Shown: in pieces, positions 32,486 to 42,205 of the stretch | Position numbering within the stretch: position 1 is the stretch's first letter | Layout of the letters: every line of letters starts with the position of its first letter | Assembly (NCBI GenBank): GCA_965243135.1 | Contig: OZ251539.1 | Coordinates: 448,001 to 512,000 of the forward strand | DNA: 64,000 bases | Direction: 5' to 3' | Source: Alphaproteobacteria bacterium | GTDB lineage: Bacteria > Pseudomonadota > Alphaproteobacteria > MPNO01 > UBA830 | The notes under the pieces: generated by a model | The model's database searches: none | What the model was told of the DNA's origin: nothing | Seen by the model: the letters and a program-made list of their open reading frames with translations, nothing else | Made by a program: the position numbers and the translations under genes

Positions 32486-32932
32486 GTTCCGCTGGAGTTC
32501 CTGCCACCTGTCGAAATCCGCCGCGAACGTGCGGATCCGCTTGTTGAGTTCGGCCGCTGCCGTCTTGCCGTCGTCTTTCGACGGCTCCGGCGGGGCCTGC
32601 TCTCCGGACGATCCGACCGCCTTCGCGAGCCCGGACAGCGCCTCCCCGAGTTCCGCGAAGCGCACCGCCAGAAACTTCGTCGTCCGGGTCTCCGACGCGG
32701 CGAGCGGCGCAGAAACCTCTTCCGGTGCCGCGTCGTGCACTCTTTCGCTCTTCGGAGCGTCCGCCGCTGTCGGCGGGGCCGGCGTTCCCCCGAGATCGGC
32801 CGGCCGGGGCGGCGGTGGAGCGGGTTCCTCAGCCATGGTCGGCGGCCGCCGCCGCGAAAAATTCTTCGATTTGCGGAACAGTTTTCTGTGGCCGGCAGTT
32901 CGGGGTAGGTTACACAACAAATACGTCAGGCA

Positions 32933-34969
32933 TCATGTCAGGAGACCTTTCCAAAACAGTTTACTTTCCGACGGAGGCGTTAGGCCATCATTGTCTCTCG
33001 CATTGTCATCGGTGCCACGGTCGATCAGCACTCCAGCGATATGGTAGCCCTGTGCATAGTGGAGCGGCGTCATGCCGTTTTGGTCCTTCGCATTGATCTC
33101 GCTACCGCCTGCGACAAGAAACTCTGCCGTTTTGCGGGCGCTGCCCATCACCGCATAGTGGAGCGGCTTTCTGCCTTTCTCGTCCTTCGCGTTGACCTTG
33201 GCGCCGGTGCTGACAAGAAATTCGGCGGTCGGGCGGCAGTTGCTCAACGCTGTGCGATGGAACGGCGTCATGCCGTTTATGTCCTTCGCGTTGACCTCGG
33301 CACCGGTGCTGACAAGAAATTCGGCGGTCGAAAGGGAGTCATCTTTTGCCGCGTAGTGGAGCGGCGTCCAGCCGTAGTTGTCCTTCGCATTGACCTCGGC
33401 ACCGCGGCCAACCAGCAATTCAGCGGTCGAGCATGAATTTTCTTGTGCCGCATGATGGAGCGGCGTCATGCCGTTTTGGTCCTTCGCGTTGACCTTGGTG
33501 CCGGTGCTGACAAGAAATTCGGCGGTCGAGAGGGAATTCTCTTTTGCCGCATAATGGAGCGGCGTCCAGCCGTAGTCGTCCATTGCATTGACCTCGGCAC
33601 CGCGGCCAACCAGCAATTCAGCGATCGAGCGGGAATCTTCTTGGGCCGCGCAGTGAAGCGGCGTCAAGCCATAGTCGTACGTTCCACTCATGATGATGGT
33701 AGGGATGGTATCTAACATTTTGTGGGTATCGAAGTACTGATAGGCATCGCAGTGCGGCGCATGATGGAGCCGCGCATCGCTTTTCGCGTTGACCTCGGCT
33801 CCTGCGCCGACAAGGAATTCTGCCGTTTCACGGGCCTTGTGTAGCGCCGCGCGATGGAGCGGCGTATTGCCGTTTTCATCCGTCGCATTGACCTCGGCTC
33901 CTGCGCCGACAAGAAACTCTGCCGTTTCGCGGGCGTCGTCCCACGCCGCGCGATGGAGCGGCGTCATGCCGTTTTCATCCGTCGCATTGACCTCGGCTCC
34001 TGCGCCGACAAGAAACTCTGCCGTTTCGCGGGCGTCGTCCCGCGCCGCGCGATGGAGCGGCGTCATGCCGTTTTCATCCGTCGCATTGATCTCGGCTCCT
34101 GCGCCGACAAGAAACTCTGCCGTTTCGCGGGCGGCGTCCCGCGCCGCGCGATGGAGCGGCGTCATGCCTCTTTTGTCCTTCGCGTTGATCTCGGCTCCTG
34201 CGCCGACAAGAAACTCTGCCGTTTCGCGGGCGGCGTCCCGCGCCGCGCGATGGAGCGGCGTCATGCCTCTTTTGTCCTTCGCGTTGATCTTGGCGCCGGC
34301 ACCGACAAGAAATTCTGCCGTATCGCGGGCGTTGGTCAGCGCCGCGCGATGGAGCGGCGTCTCGCCATCGTCGTCCTTCGCGTTGACATCGGCACCGGCG
34401 CTCACAAGAAACTCTGCCGCATCGTGGGCGTCGTCCCACGCCGCATAGTGGAGCGGCGTCATGCCGGTTATGTTAGTGGCGTTGGCCTTGGCACCGACGC
34501 CGACGAGAAACTCTACCGTTTGGCGGGTGTTGTTGTGTAGCGCCGCAAGATGGAGCGGCGTCTCGCCGTCTTTGCTCTTCGCGTTGATCTTGGCGCCGAC
34601 GCCGACAAGAAATTTTGCCGTATCGCGGGCGTCGTCCCACGCCGCATAGTGGAGCGGCGTCATGCCTCTTTTGTCCTTCGCGTTGACCTTGGCGCCGGCG
34701 CCGACAAGAAATTCTGCCGTATCGCGGGCGTCGTTCCACGCCGCGCGATGGAGCGGCGTCCGGCCTCTTTTGTCCTTCGCGTTGACCTTGGCGCCGGCGT
34801 CGACAAGAAATTCTGCTGCTTCGCGGGCGTCGTTCCACGCCGCGCGATGGAGCGGCATCATGCCTTCGTCGTCCGCCTCATGTTGGGCGAGGCCGTAAGC
34901 AACACGCCTTGGCATGGCACCGTCCCCTATCAACTCTGATGCACAGGCGATCAACGATCCCTGAAACAT
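32933..34969 (-). CDS. Ankyrin-repeat protein (~18 repeats)
   Basis: 33-aa units G.TPLH.AA....ETAEFLV.AGA.VNAKD, encoded by 99-bp tandem DNA repeats. Start may be the ATG at ~34915. Confidence 0.95.
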   Translation of the reverse strand: MFQGSLIACASELIGDGAMPRRVAYGLAQHEADDEGMMPLHRAAWNDAREAAEFLVDAGAKVNAKDKRGRTPLHRAAWNDARDTAEFLVGAGAKVNAKDKRGMTPLHYAAWDDARDTAKFLVGVGAKINAKSKDGETPLHLAALHNNTRQTVEFLVGVGAKANATNITGMTPLHYAAWDDAHDAAEFLVSAGADVNAKDDDGETPLHRAALTNARDTAEFLVGAGAKINAKDKRGMTPLHRAARDAARETAEFLVGAGAEINAKDKRGMTPLHRAARDAARETAEFLVGAGAEINATDENGMTPLHRAARDDARETAEFLVGAGAEVNATDENGMTPLHRAAWDDARETAEFLVGAGAEVNATDENGNTPLHRAALHKARETAEFLVGAGAEVNAKSDARLHHAPHCDAYQYFDTHKMLDTIPTIIMSGTYDYGLTPLHCAAQEDSRSIAELLVGRGAEVNAMDDYGWTPLHYAAKENSLSTAEFLVSTGTKVNAKDQNGMTPLHHAAQENSCSTAELLVGRGAEVNAKDNYGWTPLHYAAKDDSLSTAEFLVSTGAEVNAKDINGMTPFHRTALSNCRPTAEFLVSTGAKVNAKDEKGRKPLHYAVMGSARKTAEFLVAGGSEINAKDQNGMTPLHYAQGYHIAGVLIDRGTDDNARDNDGLTPPSESKLFWKGLLT

Positions 34970-35117
34970 TATCGGGATGGGTCGGCCGGCGAGTCAAGGC
35001 GCCGGGACGGCGCGGGCGTTCGCCAAGCGGCCTTCGTCGCCCTCCGTTTCAGCCTGCACTGCGTCCTGAAAAGAAGACGATCGGATCGACGGGAACCAGG
35101 GCAAGAACGGCTCGCGG

Positions 35118-35714
35118 TCATTCCTGTCCCGCCCCGTCCCGTCGTTGCTTGGCCGGAAAAGCGAGATCGCATTGCGCCTCCTTGCCGGCCCGGCGGCTCT
35201 CGAGCTCGCAATCGACGATTTCGGCGCCGTACTTCGTCCAGACATGGTCCTTCCACCCGTTCGTCGGGTCGCTTCGAGGCAGAATTCCCGTCTGCGCCTG
35301 CAAAAAAAGCCCGAGCAGCAACACGCATATCGCCGCTATCGCCGCGGCCGAGCCGCCCGCCAGGAACAGCCGCCTGTTGTCGTTCCGTTGCAGTTCCCGC
35401 CACCTGTCGAAATCCGCCGCGAACGCGCGGATCCGCTTCTCGAGATCGGCGGCCGCCGCCTTGCCGTCGTCTTTCGGCGGCTCCGGCGCGGCCTGCTCCG
35501 TCGGCGCTTCGATTGCCTTCGCGAGCCCGGACAGCGCCTCCCCGAGTTCCGCGAACCGCACCGCCAGAAACTTCGTCGTCCGGGTCTCCGACGCGGCGAG
35601 CAGCGCCGAAACCTCCTCCAGCGCGCGCTCTCTTTCGTCCTTCGGAGCGTCCGCCGCCGCGGGCGGCGTTCCCCCGAGATCGGCCGGCCGGGGCGGCGCG
35701 GGTTCCTCAGCCAC
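35118..35714 (-). CDS. Hypothetical single-TM protein, last gene of the transfer operon
   Basis: Overlaps the coupling-protein stop; one TM segment; conserved paralogue at 27479-32836. Confidence 0.75.
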   Translation of the reverse strand: MAEEPAPPRPADLGGTPPAAADAPKDERERALEEVSALLAASETRTTKFLAVRFAELGEALSGLAKAIEAPTEQAAPEPPKDDGKAAAADLEKRIRAFAADFDRWRELQRNDNRRLFLAGGSAAAIAAICVLLLGLFLQAQTGILPRSDPTNGWKDHVWTKYGAEIVDCELESRRAGKEAQCDLAFPAKQRRDGAGQE

Positions 35715-37593
35715 GGCCGGCGGCCGCCGCCCGCTTGCGCAGGACGAACGGGTTGGGGTCGGCGAGCCGGCGCGCGTCGGGCCGCAGCCAGTAGCGGGCG
35801 TGGCGCAGATGCAGGGCGTCGCGCGGAACGTCCTTCGCGGCGGCGACGACGTACTGCTCGTCCGGCCCCATGGTCATCAGGTCGTCGGGTGCGACCAGGC
35901 GTTCCTTGACGACGGACAGGGTTTCCCCCCGGGACCGGGACGACCCGGTCAGGCGGGCGTCCTGGACCGTGCCGGAGACGTTTTCCGAGCGGTTCTCGAA
36001 CGTCGCGCTGCCGATCGCCGCCGACAGGTTCTCCGCGCCGGAGACGTCCATGCGCGGGAAGCCGAGGATCTGGACGACCTCGGCGAGATGGACGAGGGTT
36101 CGGCAGCGTTCCGGGCCCCAGGTCGCCTCGAGGGCGCTGAGGCTCTGCGCGAAGCTCCAGAAGTGGATCCCGCGCCCGGCGGCGGTGTTGTAGGCGTCCA
36201 TGACGGGCTGCAGGAAACCGAGCCGCGGCATCTCGTCGAGGATCAGGAGGAGGTCGCGCCCGAGGGCGCGGCGCGACGGGACCGCGTTCGGGATCGCGAT
36301 CCAGAGCCTGATCCATCCTTTGACGCGGTCGAGCGCCTCCTCGGGACAGACGACGAAGAGGTCGACGTCGCCGTCGGCGACGTCTTCCGGGTCGAAGGTG
36401 GATTCCGAAGTGTGCGCCGCGAGTTCGGGATAGGTCATGAAGGCGAGCTGGTTGGCGATCGTCGTGAAGTTCGAGCCGCCTTCCTCCTTGCCGACGCGGG
36501 TTTCCCTCTCGACCGCCAGATGGGCGAGGCCGCCGCAGAAGGGCTCGGTCTCCTTCACGCGCCGTCCGAACATCTCCTGCTCCTTCGCGCCCTTCGACAG
36601 CAGCTGGTGGAGGAAGGCGAGGTTCCGTTTCTCCGGCGGCTCCCGGAAGCGAACCCAGGCCATGTATCCGGCGATCAGCGACCGCGCCGACTCGTAGAAA
36701 TGCCGCGAGTTGCCCTGCTCGTTCGCGGGCGGCGTCAGCAGGGCGTCGAGCAGGACGTCGATGTCGCGGACGGCGGCCGCCTCGTCGTCGCGGATGAAGT
36801 CGAACGGGTTGTAGCGGGCGGATTCCGCGTCCGGGAGATGCAGCGCCTCGCCGAACTGCGCCGCATGGTTGGCGACGACGCCGAAGGGGTCCAGAAGGAT
36901 CGGGCGGCGGCCCATCTCGCGCCTGCGGCGGGCGACGACGCAGAACGTCTCGCCCCTCGGGTCGACGAGCACGGTCGAGCCGGGCCAGCCCCTGCCGCCG
37001 GGCGACAGGTAGTTGAGGGCGATTTCCGCGCCCTTGCCCGCGCGCGGCGGCGCGACGGTGAGGGCGCATCCTTCCATGTTCCAGGCGATCAGGGGCGAGG
37101 AGGCGCCCGGCCCGCGCTGGCCGAGCAGGATGCCGCGGCGCCTGGAGAGCTCCCGCAGGTGCGAAGGGCCGAGAAGGCGGGCCTTGCCGTAGAGGTCCGA
37201 CCGGGCGGGTTTCCTGCGCTCGCCGCGGCGCAGCCCGGCCGCGTCCGCCAGCGCCTCGGCCCACAGCCACAGCGCGGCGGCGGCGACCGCCGGCGAGGCC
37301 GCGACGGCGAGATCGGGGACGTCGAGGCGGTGAAGGGAAGACAGCCACGCGGCGGGACGGTCGCGAAGGGCGGGCAGGACGCCGGTCCATGCCGTCGCCG
37401 CCGCTGCGGCGAACGTCGCCGCGTGCAGCGACAGGCGCGGCGCCGCCGCCTTCCTGCCGAACGCCGCGAGGGAGGCGGCGGCGAACGGGGCCAGCGCGGC
37501 GGCCGCCGCCGCGACGGAGGGATCGCCCCGCAAGAGCCACGCGGCCCATCCGAGGCCGGCGAGGCCCGGCAAGGCGATCGCCGCGCGCGTCAG
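35707..37593 (-). CDS. virD4: Type IV coupling protein, VirD4/TraG family
   Basis: N-terminal TMs, LYGKA, APPRAGKG, VLVDPRGE, YNPFD, LLILDEMPRLG, GIHFWSFAQSLSAL, RLVAPDDL. Start uncertain. Confidence 0.85.
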   Translation of the reverse strand: MTRAAIALPGLAGLGWAAWLLRGDPSVAAAAAALAPFAAASLAAFGRKAAAPRLSLHAATFAAAAATAWTGVLPALRDRPAAWLSSLHRLDVPDLAVAASPAVAAAALWLWAEALADAAGLRRGERRKPARSDLYGKARLLGPSHLRELSRRRGILLGQRGPGASSPLIAWNMEGCALTVAPPRAGKGAEIALNYLSPGGRGWPGSTVLVDPRGETFCVVARRRREMGRRPILLDPFGVVANHAAQFGEALHLPDAESARYNPFDFIRDDEAAAVRDIDVLLDALLTPPANEQGNSRHFYESARSLIAGYMAWVRFREPPEKRNLAFLHQLLSKGAKEQEMFGRRVKETEPFCGGLAHLAVERETRVGKEEGGSNFTTIANQLAFMTYPELAAHTSESTFDPEDVADGDVDLFVVCPEEALDRVKGWIRLWIAIPNAVPSRRALGRDLLLILDEMPRLGFLQPVMDAYNTAAGRGIHFWSFAQSLSALEATWGPERCRTLVHLAEVVQILGFPRMDVSGAENLSAAIGSATFENRSENVSGTVQDARLTGSSRSRGETLSVVKERLVAPDDLMTMGPDEQYVVAAAKDVPRDALHLRHARYWLRPDARRLADPNPFVLRKRAAAAGRG

Positions 37594-38063
37594 CGCCGGC
37601 CGGCGCAATCGAGGATCCTGCGGCGGGCCTCGGCGTTTTCCGCCTCCGGGATGCGGTTCCAGAGCGAATTGTGGCCGTTCGAGACGAGGGCGCCGTTGCG
37701 GAAGGCGTGGTCGACGAGTGCGCGCACGGTTTCGTCGTCGCCGACCACGGGGTCGTGGAAGCCGGAGCGCGGGCCCGCTCGCACCACCGGCCCCAGCCGG
37801 AGGATCCGCCCGTCCGGCGCGCGGACCGCGGCCTGGACCGGCTTGCCGTCCGGGAAGCCGCCGAAGTACAGCCTCGCTTCGAGGTCGCCCGTCCGGCAGA
37901 CCGCGGCGAGGCCGACGCGGGAGGGCGGCAGCGGCGCGTCGAAGCCGACCGCGAGGGTGCGCCCGTCGTCGGCGTAGATCCTCATGGCGTCGGCCTCGGG
38001 CGTCGGGGTCTGCGCCGCGGCGGGGGTCGCGGCGAGAAGGAGGGCGGCGAGGGTCCGGAGCAT
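37590..38063 (-). CDS. Hypothetical exported protein
   Basis: Signal peptide MLRTLAALLLAATPAAA; GAGGA RBS; in operon. Confidence 0.7.
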   Translation of the reverse strand: MLRTLAALLLAATPAAAQTPTPEADAMRIYADDGRTLAVGFDAPLPPSRVGLAAVCRTGDLEARLYFGGFPDGKPVQAAVRAPDGRILRLGPVVRAGPRSGFHDPVVGDDETVRALVDHAFRNGALVSNGHNSLWNRIPEAENAEARRRILDCAGRR

Positions 38064-38066
38064 TCC

Positions 38067-40280
38067 TCAGTTCCGCGGCCCGGCGCCGGCCCGGCGCAGC
38101 GACCCGACCCGGAGCCCGCCCAGCCGGCCGACGCCGCCGGTGACGGCGCCCAGGAGGCGGTCGGCGCCGCCGTCCTCCCGGACCCGCCCGCCGATCCATT
38201 CCATGGCGGCGGCGGGCAGGCCGTCGATCAGCTTGAACGAGGCGTTCAGGAGCGCCCACGCGGTCATGACGTAGATCGCCAGATACGCGAGGTAGCCGAC
38301 GATGCCGAAGCCGTCCGAAGCGTTCGCGTCCCGGAGCTGGGGCTTCCAGACCTCGTTGAACAGCCCCATCGCGGCGAGGAACACGAAATATCCCGCGACC
38401 AGCCCGAGCAGCATCAGGGGCGGGCGGAGGATCAGGCCGGGCAGGAACAGCCAGCCCTGGCGGGTGGCGGGCAGGACGAAGCCGTCGCCGCGCGAGACGT
38501 GCGCGGCGAGGAAGACCGTGACGGCGAAGACCGCCGCGGCGACGTCGACGACCCAGGCGACCGTCCCGAACAGGAACCGCACGAAGGGGATCGCCGGAAG
38601 GACGTAGGCGAGGACGGCGCCGGCGACGAGGAGGATCGAGAGGATGGTGGAGACGAAGAAGTCCGCCACCTGCCAGCCGTGTCCGAACAGGTCGAGGCCG
38701 CGTCCGAGAAAGGGCACGGCCTGGAATCCCCCGGAGACGGTCGCGGCGGCGGCGAGGGCCGACAGCGCGGCCAGGGCGTTGCCGAGGATCTCGTGGCCGT
38801 ACCCCGCGAGGTCGGCGACGGGGTTTCCGCTGTCCGGAATGGCCGCGTCGTCGATCGAGAGCCAGTCGAAGAACCCCCTGCCGACGCCGCCGTCGCCTCC
38901 GGAGGAGGGCAGGGCGCCGCCGCCGAAGACCACCGGCTTCCAGCCGCGGGTCTGGGCGAGGGCGACGGTGAGGGCTTGCACGGCCGCGGCGGCGGGCGGC
39001 GAGGCGCCCTCGAGGCTGCCGGACGGCAGCGCCACGTCGGGGATGCCGTAGGCCGCGGCCTGGAAGCGGCCGGTCCGCCGGGCGAGCGTGTTGAAGAAGG
39101 CCGCTGCGGCGAGCCAGCCCCGGCGCTCCGCGTCCTCGGCGACGGCGCGTTCGAGGGCGTCGCGCTCGTCGCCGGCCGCCTTCCGGAGCCGGGCGTCGAG
39201 GACGCGGGCGTACCCGTCCGCGATCCCTTCGAGAAAGGCGTCGAGGTCCGGAAGCGGATGCCCGTAGACCGGGCTTCCGGGGACGAAACGGTCGCCGAGG
39301 CGGGCCGCGCGCTCGCGCAGGACCGTCGTCCTGAGCCCTTCGAGAGCGGCGAGATGGGCGCGGGCCGCGTCGCCGCGCGGCCCTTCGGCGGGCGCGTACC
39401 CGTCCTGGTCGAGCATGTCGAAGCCGAACGCCGAGCTGCGGTCGACGCCCGGCTTGCGGGCGTGGACGCCGGCGTAGCGGACGGCGCCGCACATGTTTCC
39501 GGGGAGTCCGCGGCGGTCGCCGTCGTAACGCACGACGCGGGCGGTCCTTTCGTCCGCGGTTCGAACGACCACGCGCCGGGAGCGGGCGTTGGCGACGCGC
39601 AGGCAGACTTCGGCGATCAGCGCGCGGGATACGGCGGCGCGCCACGCCGCGGCCCGCGGGCGCGGCGCGACCGGCTTGCCGCCGCGCAGCGCGTCGGCGG
39701 AAAAGGGCGTCCACACCGCGGTCGCGAAGTCGCCGCCGAGATGGGCGAGGCCGACGACGACGTGCTGGCCGCCGTTCATGCCGCCGGGAAGGGGGGTCAT
39801 CAGGGCGACGGCGAGGACGATCCGCAGGATCTCCCGGCCGCCGAGGCCGAGGCGGCCCTCGCGCGCCGTGTCGACCGTGCCGGCGACGACGTGCCAGATC
39901 AGGAGGAAGCCGGCGAGGACGAGGACGGCGGCGTTGAAGGCGAAGAGCATGCCGCCCAGCGCGGAGCCGCGTTCCGTCCGCAGGTCCGCCAGGAAGGAGA
40001 GCAGCCTGCGGGTTCCGGCGTCCTCCTCCGCGAAGACGGCCGGCGTCTGGGCCCCCGCGGCGGCGGCGGCGAACGCCAGCAGCGCCGTCCCGAGAAGGAC
40101 GATCGCGGCGCCGGACAGGGCGCGGGCGCGGAGTCCGCGGGCGAGCGGATTGCGCCATTCCGTCTTCGGCGCGGGGGCGAGCGCGCCGGCCAGCGCGCCG
40201 AGCCGCGCCGCCGACCTCCGGACGTCGCGCAGCGCGCGGCCGAACTCCGGCAGGAACAGGAGCCGCAGCAGCGCCCGCAT
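38067..40280 (-). CDS. dotA: DotA/TraY family membrane protein
   Basis: VVAGTVDTAREG, GWLAAAAFF, LAYVLPAIPFVRF, LILRPPLMLLG, SFKLIDGLP..AMEWIGG. Confidence 0.85.
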   Translation of the reverse strand: MRALLRLLFLPEFGRALRDVRRSAARLGALAGALAPAPKTEWRNPLARGLRARALSGAAIVLLGTALLAFAAAAAGAQTPAVFAEEDAGTRRLLSFLADLRTERGSALGGMLFAFNAAVLVLAGFLLIWHVVAGTVDTAREGRLGLGGREILRIVLAVALMTPLPGGMNGGQHVVVGLAHLGGDFATAVWTPFSADALRGGKPVAPRPRAAAWRAAVSRALIAEVCLRVANARSRRVVVRTADERTARVVRYDGDRRGLPGNMCGAVRYAGVHARKPGVDRSSAFGFDMLDQDGYAPAEGPRGDAARAHLAALEGLRTTVLRERAARLGDRFVPGSPVYGHPLPDLDAFLEGIADGYARVLDARLRKAAGDERDALERAVAEDAERRGWLAAAAFFNTLARRTGRFQAAAYGIPDVALPSGSLEGASPPAAAAVQALTVALAQTRGWKPVVFGGGALPSSGGDGGVGRGFFDWLSIDDAAIPDSGNPVADLAGYGHEILGNALAALSALAAAATVSGGFQAVPFLGRGLDLFGHGWQVADFFVSTILSILLVAGAVLAYVLPAIPFVRFLFGTVAWVVDVAAAVFAVTVFLAAHVSRGDGFVLPATRQGWLFLPGLILRPPLMLLGLVAGYFVFLAAMGLFNEVWKPQLRDANASDGFGIVGYLAYLAIYVMTAWALLNASFKLIDGLPAAAMEWIGGRVREDGGADRLLGAVTGGVGRLGGLRVGSLRRAGAGPRN

Positions 40281-41431
40281 CAGTTCGCGGCGGCGGCGGG
40301 GTTGCCGAGCCCCGGCAACGCGCGCATCTCCTCGGCGCCGAGGGCGAGGCGGGCGGCGTCGATCGCTCCGCGGCGCTCGTCGAGGCGGAAGCGCTGCCAG
40401 TCCAGCTGCAGCTGGAGGCTCAGCGCGACCGCGATCTCGCGCAGCAGGTTCTCGGCGCCCATGGCCTGGAGCCCGACCGCCCACGCCGGATCCTCGAAGC
40501 GGCGGGCGGCCAGCAGTTCGAGGAGTTCGTAGCGGCTGACCGGCTTCGCCGGATCGCGCGCGCCGGGCGCGACCGCCTCGGCCCAGGCTCCGAGATCGGC
40601 GGCCGGCGCGCGCAGCGCCCGCAGCGCGGCGTAGTAGTCCGCCGCGAGCGCGGTCCGGGCGTCGGCCGAACGTCCCAGCAGAACGAGGCGCCGCTCCTCG
40701 GCCGTTTCCGCGGAGGAGAGCGGCGGCGGGTCGTGAACCACGGGCGACGCCAGGTTGCGCGCGAGTTCGACGGCGGCGCGAAGCTCGTCCTGCGACGCGA
40801 TCGTCCTGCGGTCGAAAAGCGTTTCGCCGGCCTTCAGGTCGGCGGCGTGCAGGGCTTCGCTTCCCTTGCAGGCGGCGTCGCCGGCGCGGTCCGCGTTGCA
40901 CCAGGCGGAGGTCACCGCGCCGAACCGCGCGTCGGCGTCGGCGGCCGCGCCGGGAACCGCGGCCACGGCGCGGTCGTTGGCGATGCGCCCGGTCTCGACC
41001 CGGCCGGCGGACAGGCGGGCCGCCTCGGCGGCGGCGCGGGCGGAGCGCAGCCCGGCGGCGCCGGTCGCGACCGCGCAGGCGTTCGCCGAAGGCGCGCGGG
41101 CGCGCATGGCGCGGGTCTCCTCCACTTCCCGGGCGGTCTGCGCCTGGAGCCGGGTCTGCGCCGACAGCGCCTGCGTCAGCGCCCTGGCCGATTGCGCCTG
41201 GTAGCCGGTCTGCTGGGCGGTCTGGAGCCGGAGCGCCTCGACCACCCGCTCCTCCATGACGTCGATGCGGGCGGCGATTCGCGAGATGACGCGCACCGCC
41301 TCCCTGCGGTCGTCGTCGGTCGGATCGCAGCGATGCGCGCCGGCCGGCGCGGCGCGCAGCAGCAGGACGAGAAGCGCGAGGAACGCGGCCGCGGCGGCGG
41401 CCGCCGGAAGCAGAAGCCGCAGCCAGCTCAC
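40280..41431 (-). CDS. TraW/IcmX-like exported protein
   Basis: C-terminal SRYELLELLAARRFEDPAW...ENLLREIA; position upstream of dotA/traY. Confidence 0.55.
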   Translation of the reverse strand: MSWLRLLLPAAAAAAAFLALLVLLLRAAPAGAHRCDPTDDDRREAVRVISRIAARIDVMEERVVEALRLQTAQQTGYQAQSARALTQALSAQTRLQAQTAREVEETRAMRARAPSANACAVATGAAGLRSARAAAEAARLSAGRVETGRIANDRAVAAVPGAAADADARFGAVTSAWCNADRAGDAACKGSEALHAADLKAGETLFDRRTIASQDELRAAVELARNLASPVVHDPPPLSSAETAEERRLVLLGRSADARTALAADYYAALRALRAPAADLGAWAEAVAPGARDPAKPVSRYELLELLAARRFEDPAWAVGLQAMGAENLLREIAVALSLQLQLDWQRFRLDERRGAIDAARLALGAEEMRALPGLGNPAAAAN

Positions 41432-41886
41432 CGCCCGCCTCCGATCAGGCTGCGGAAGCGGTCGCCGCTCCCCGGCGGCGGGCGCGGCGCCGGGGCGTCG
41501 GCCGGCGCGGGCCGCAGCCCGGGAAGCCGGGGCGCCGCGTAGACGCCGGGGTCGAGCGTCCGCCCGAGATAGCGGCCGTAGGCCCGCCGCGCGGCGTCGC
41601 AGACCTTCCGCCGGAGAAGGCCGAGCGGGCGGCCGGGATCGTGGAACACGTGGAACCTCCGGTAGTCGAACAAGTCTCCCGCGCACGTGAAATCGAGGAT
41701 GCTCTCGGGATTGCGGATCCCCTGCGCCGGATGGCGAACGATCGCCGCGTCGCGCTCGACGCCCCGCTTCGCGGCGGCGGCGATCGCGTCCGCGACCTGC
41801 GGGTCGCACGCCGGGTCGGCCGCCGCGGCCGCCGGGAACAGCAGCGCGGCCGCCGCCAGCGCGGCGAGTTCGGCGGGGAATTTCAT
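41428..41886 (-). CDS. Hypothetical exported Cys-containing protein
   Basis: Signal peptide; ACDPQ...LDFTC; coupled to neighbours. Confidence 0.65.
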   Translation of the reverse strand: MKFPAELAALAAAALLFPAAAAADPACDPQVADAIAAAAKRGVERDAAIVRHPAQGIRNPESILDFTCAGDLFDYRRFHVFHDPGRPLGLLRRKVCDAARRAYGRYLGRTLDPGVYAAPRLPGLRPAPADAPAPRPPPGSGDRFRSLIGGGR

Positions 41887-42205
41887 CGTCCGGCGGCGCC
41901 GAGCGTTCGCGGGTTTCCCTCCCGGCCGCCGGCGACGGTTTCCCCGCGCCCGTTCCCGTCCTGCCCGTACCGCCCCCCGGCGGTCGCGGGCCTGCCTTTC
42001 GCGACGGCGCGCTCCGCCGTCCCGGCCCGGCCGCCGCGGGCGTCGGCGCGGCGGCCTCTCCGCGTCCCGGGCGTCCCGGGCGTCGCGGCGGCCGCGCCGC
42101 GCGACGGAAAACCGGGCGGCGCGGACTCCCGGGGACGGCGCCCCGGATCGCCGTCGACCGGTCCGGAAAGAAAGCTCTCGTTGACGTCCGGCATGATGAT
42201 TCTCC

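Larger units (their letters stand above)
27479..32836 (-). pseudogene. Paralogue of the 35118-35714 gene, split into three pieces by two insertions
   Basis: 32836-32486 (MAEEPAPP...FDRWQELQRN), 30512-30439 (DNRRLFLAGG...LLGL) and 27640-27479 (LQAQTGIFPRHDPTNGWKDHVW) join into one colinear gene. Confidence 0.85.

Noticed and set aside
33040-34860. Regular 99-bp repeats as a CRISPR array
   Set aside because: In-frame ankyrin coding repeats with no unique spacers and no cas genes.
41883-42194. Possible 103-aa ORF between icmB and the next gene
   Set aside because: It fits the operon spacing but is low-complexity with no motif, so it was not called.
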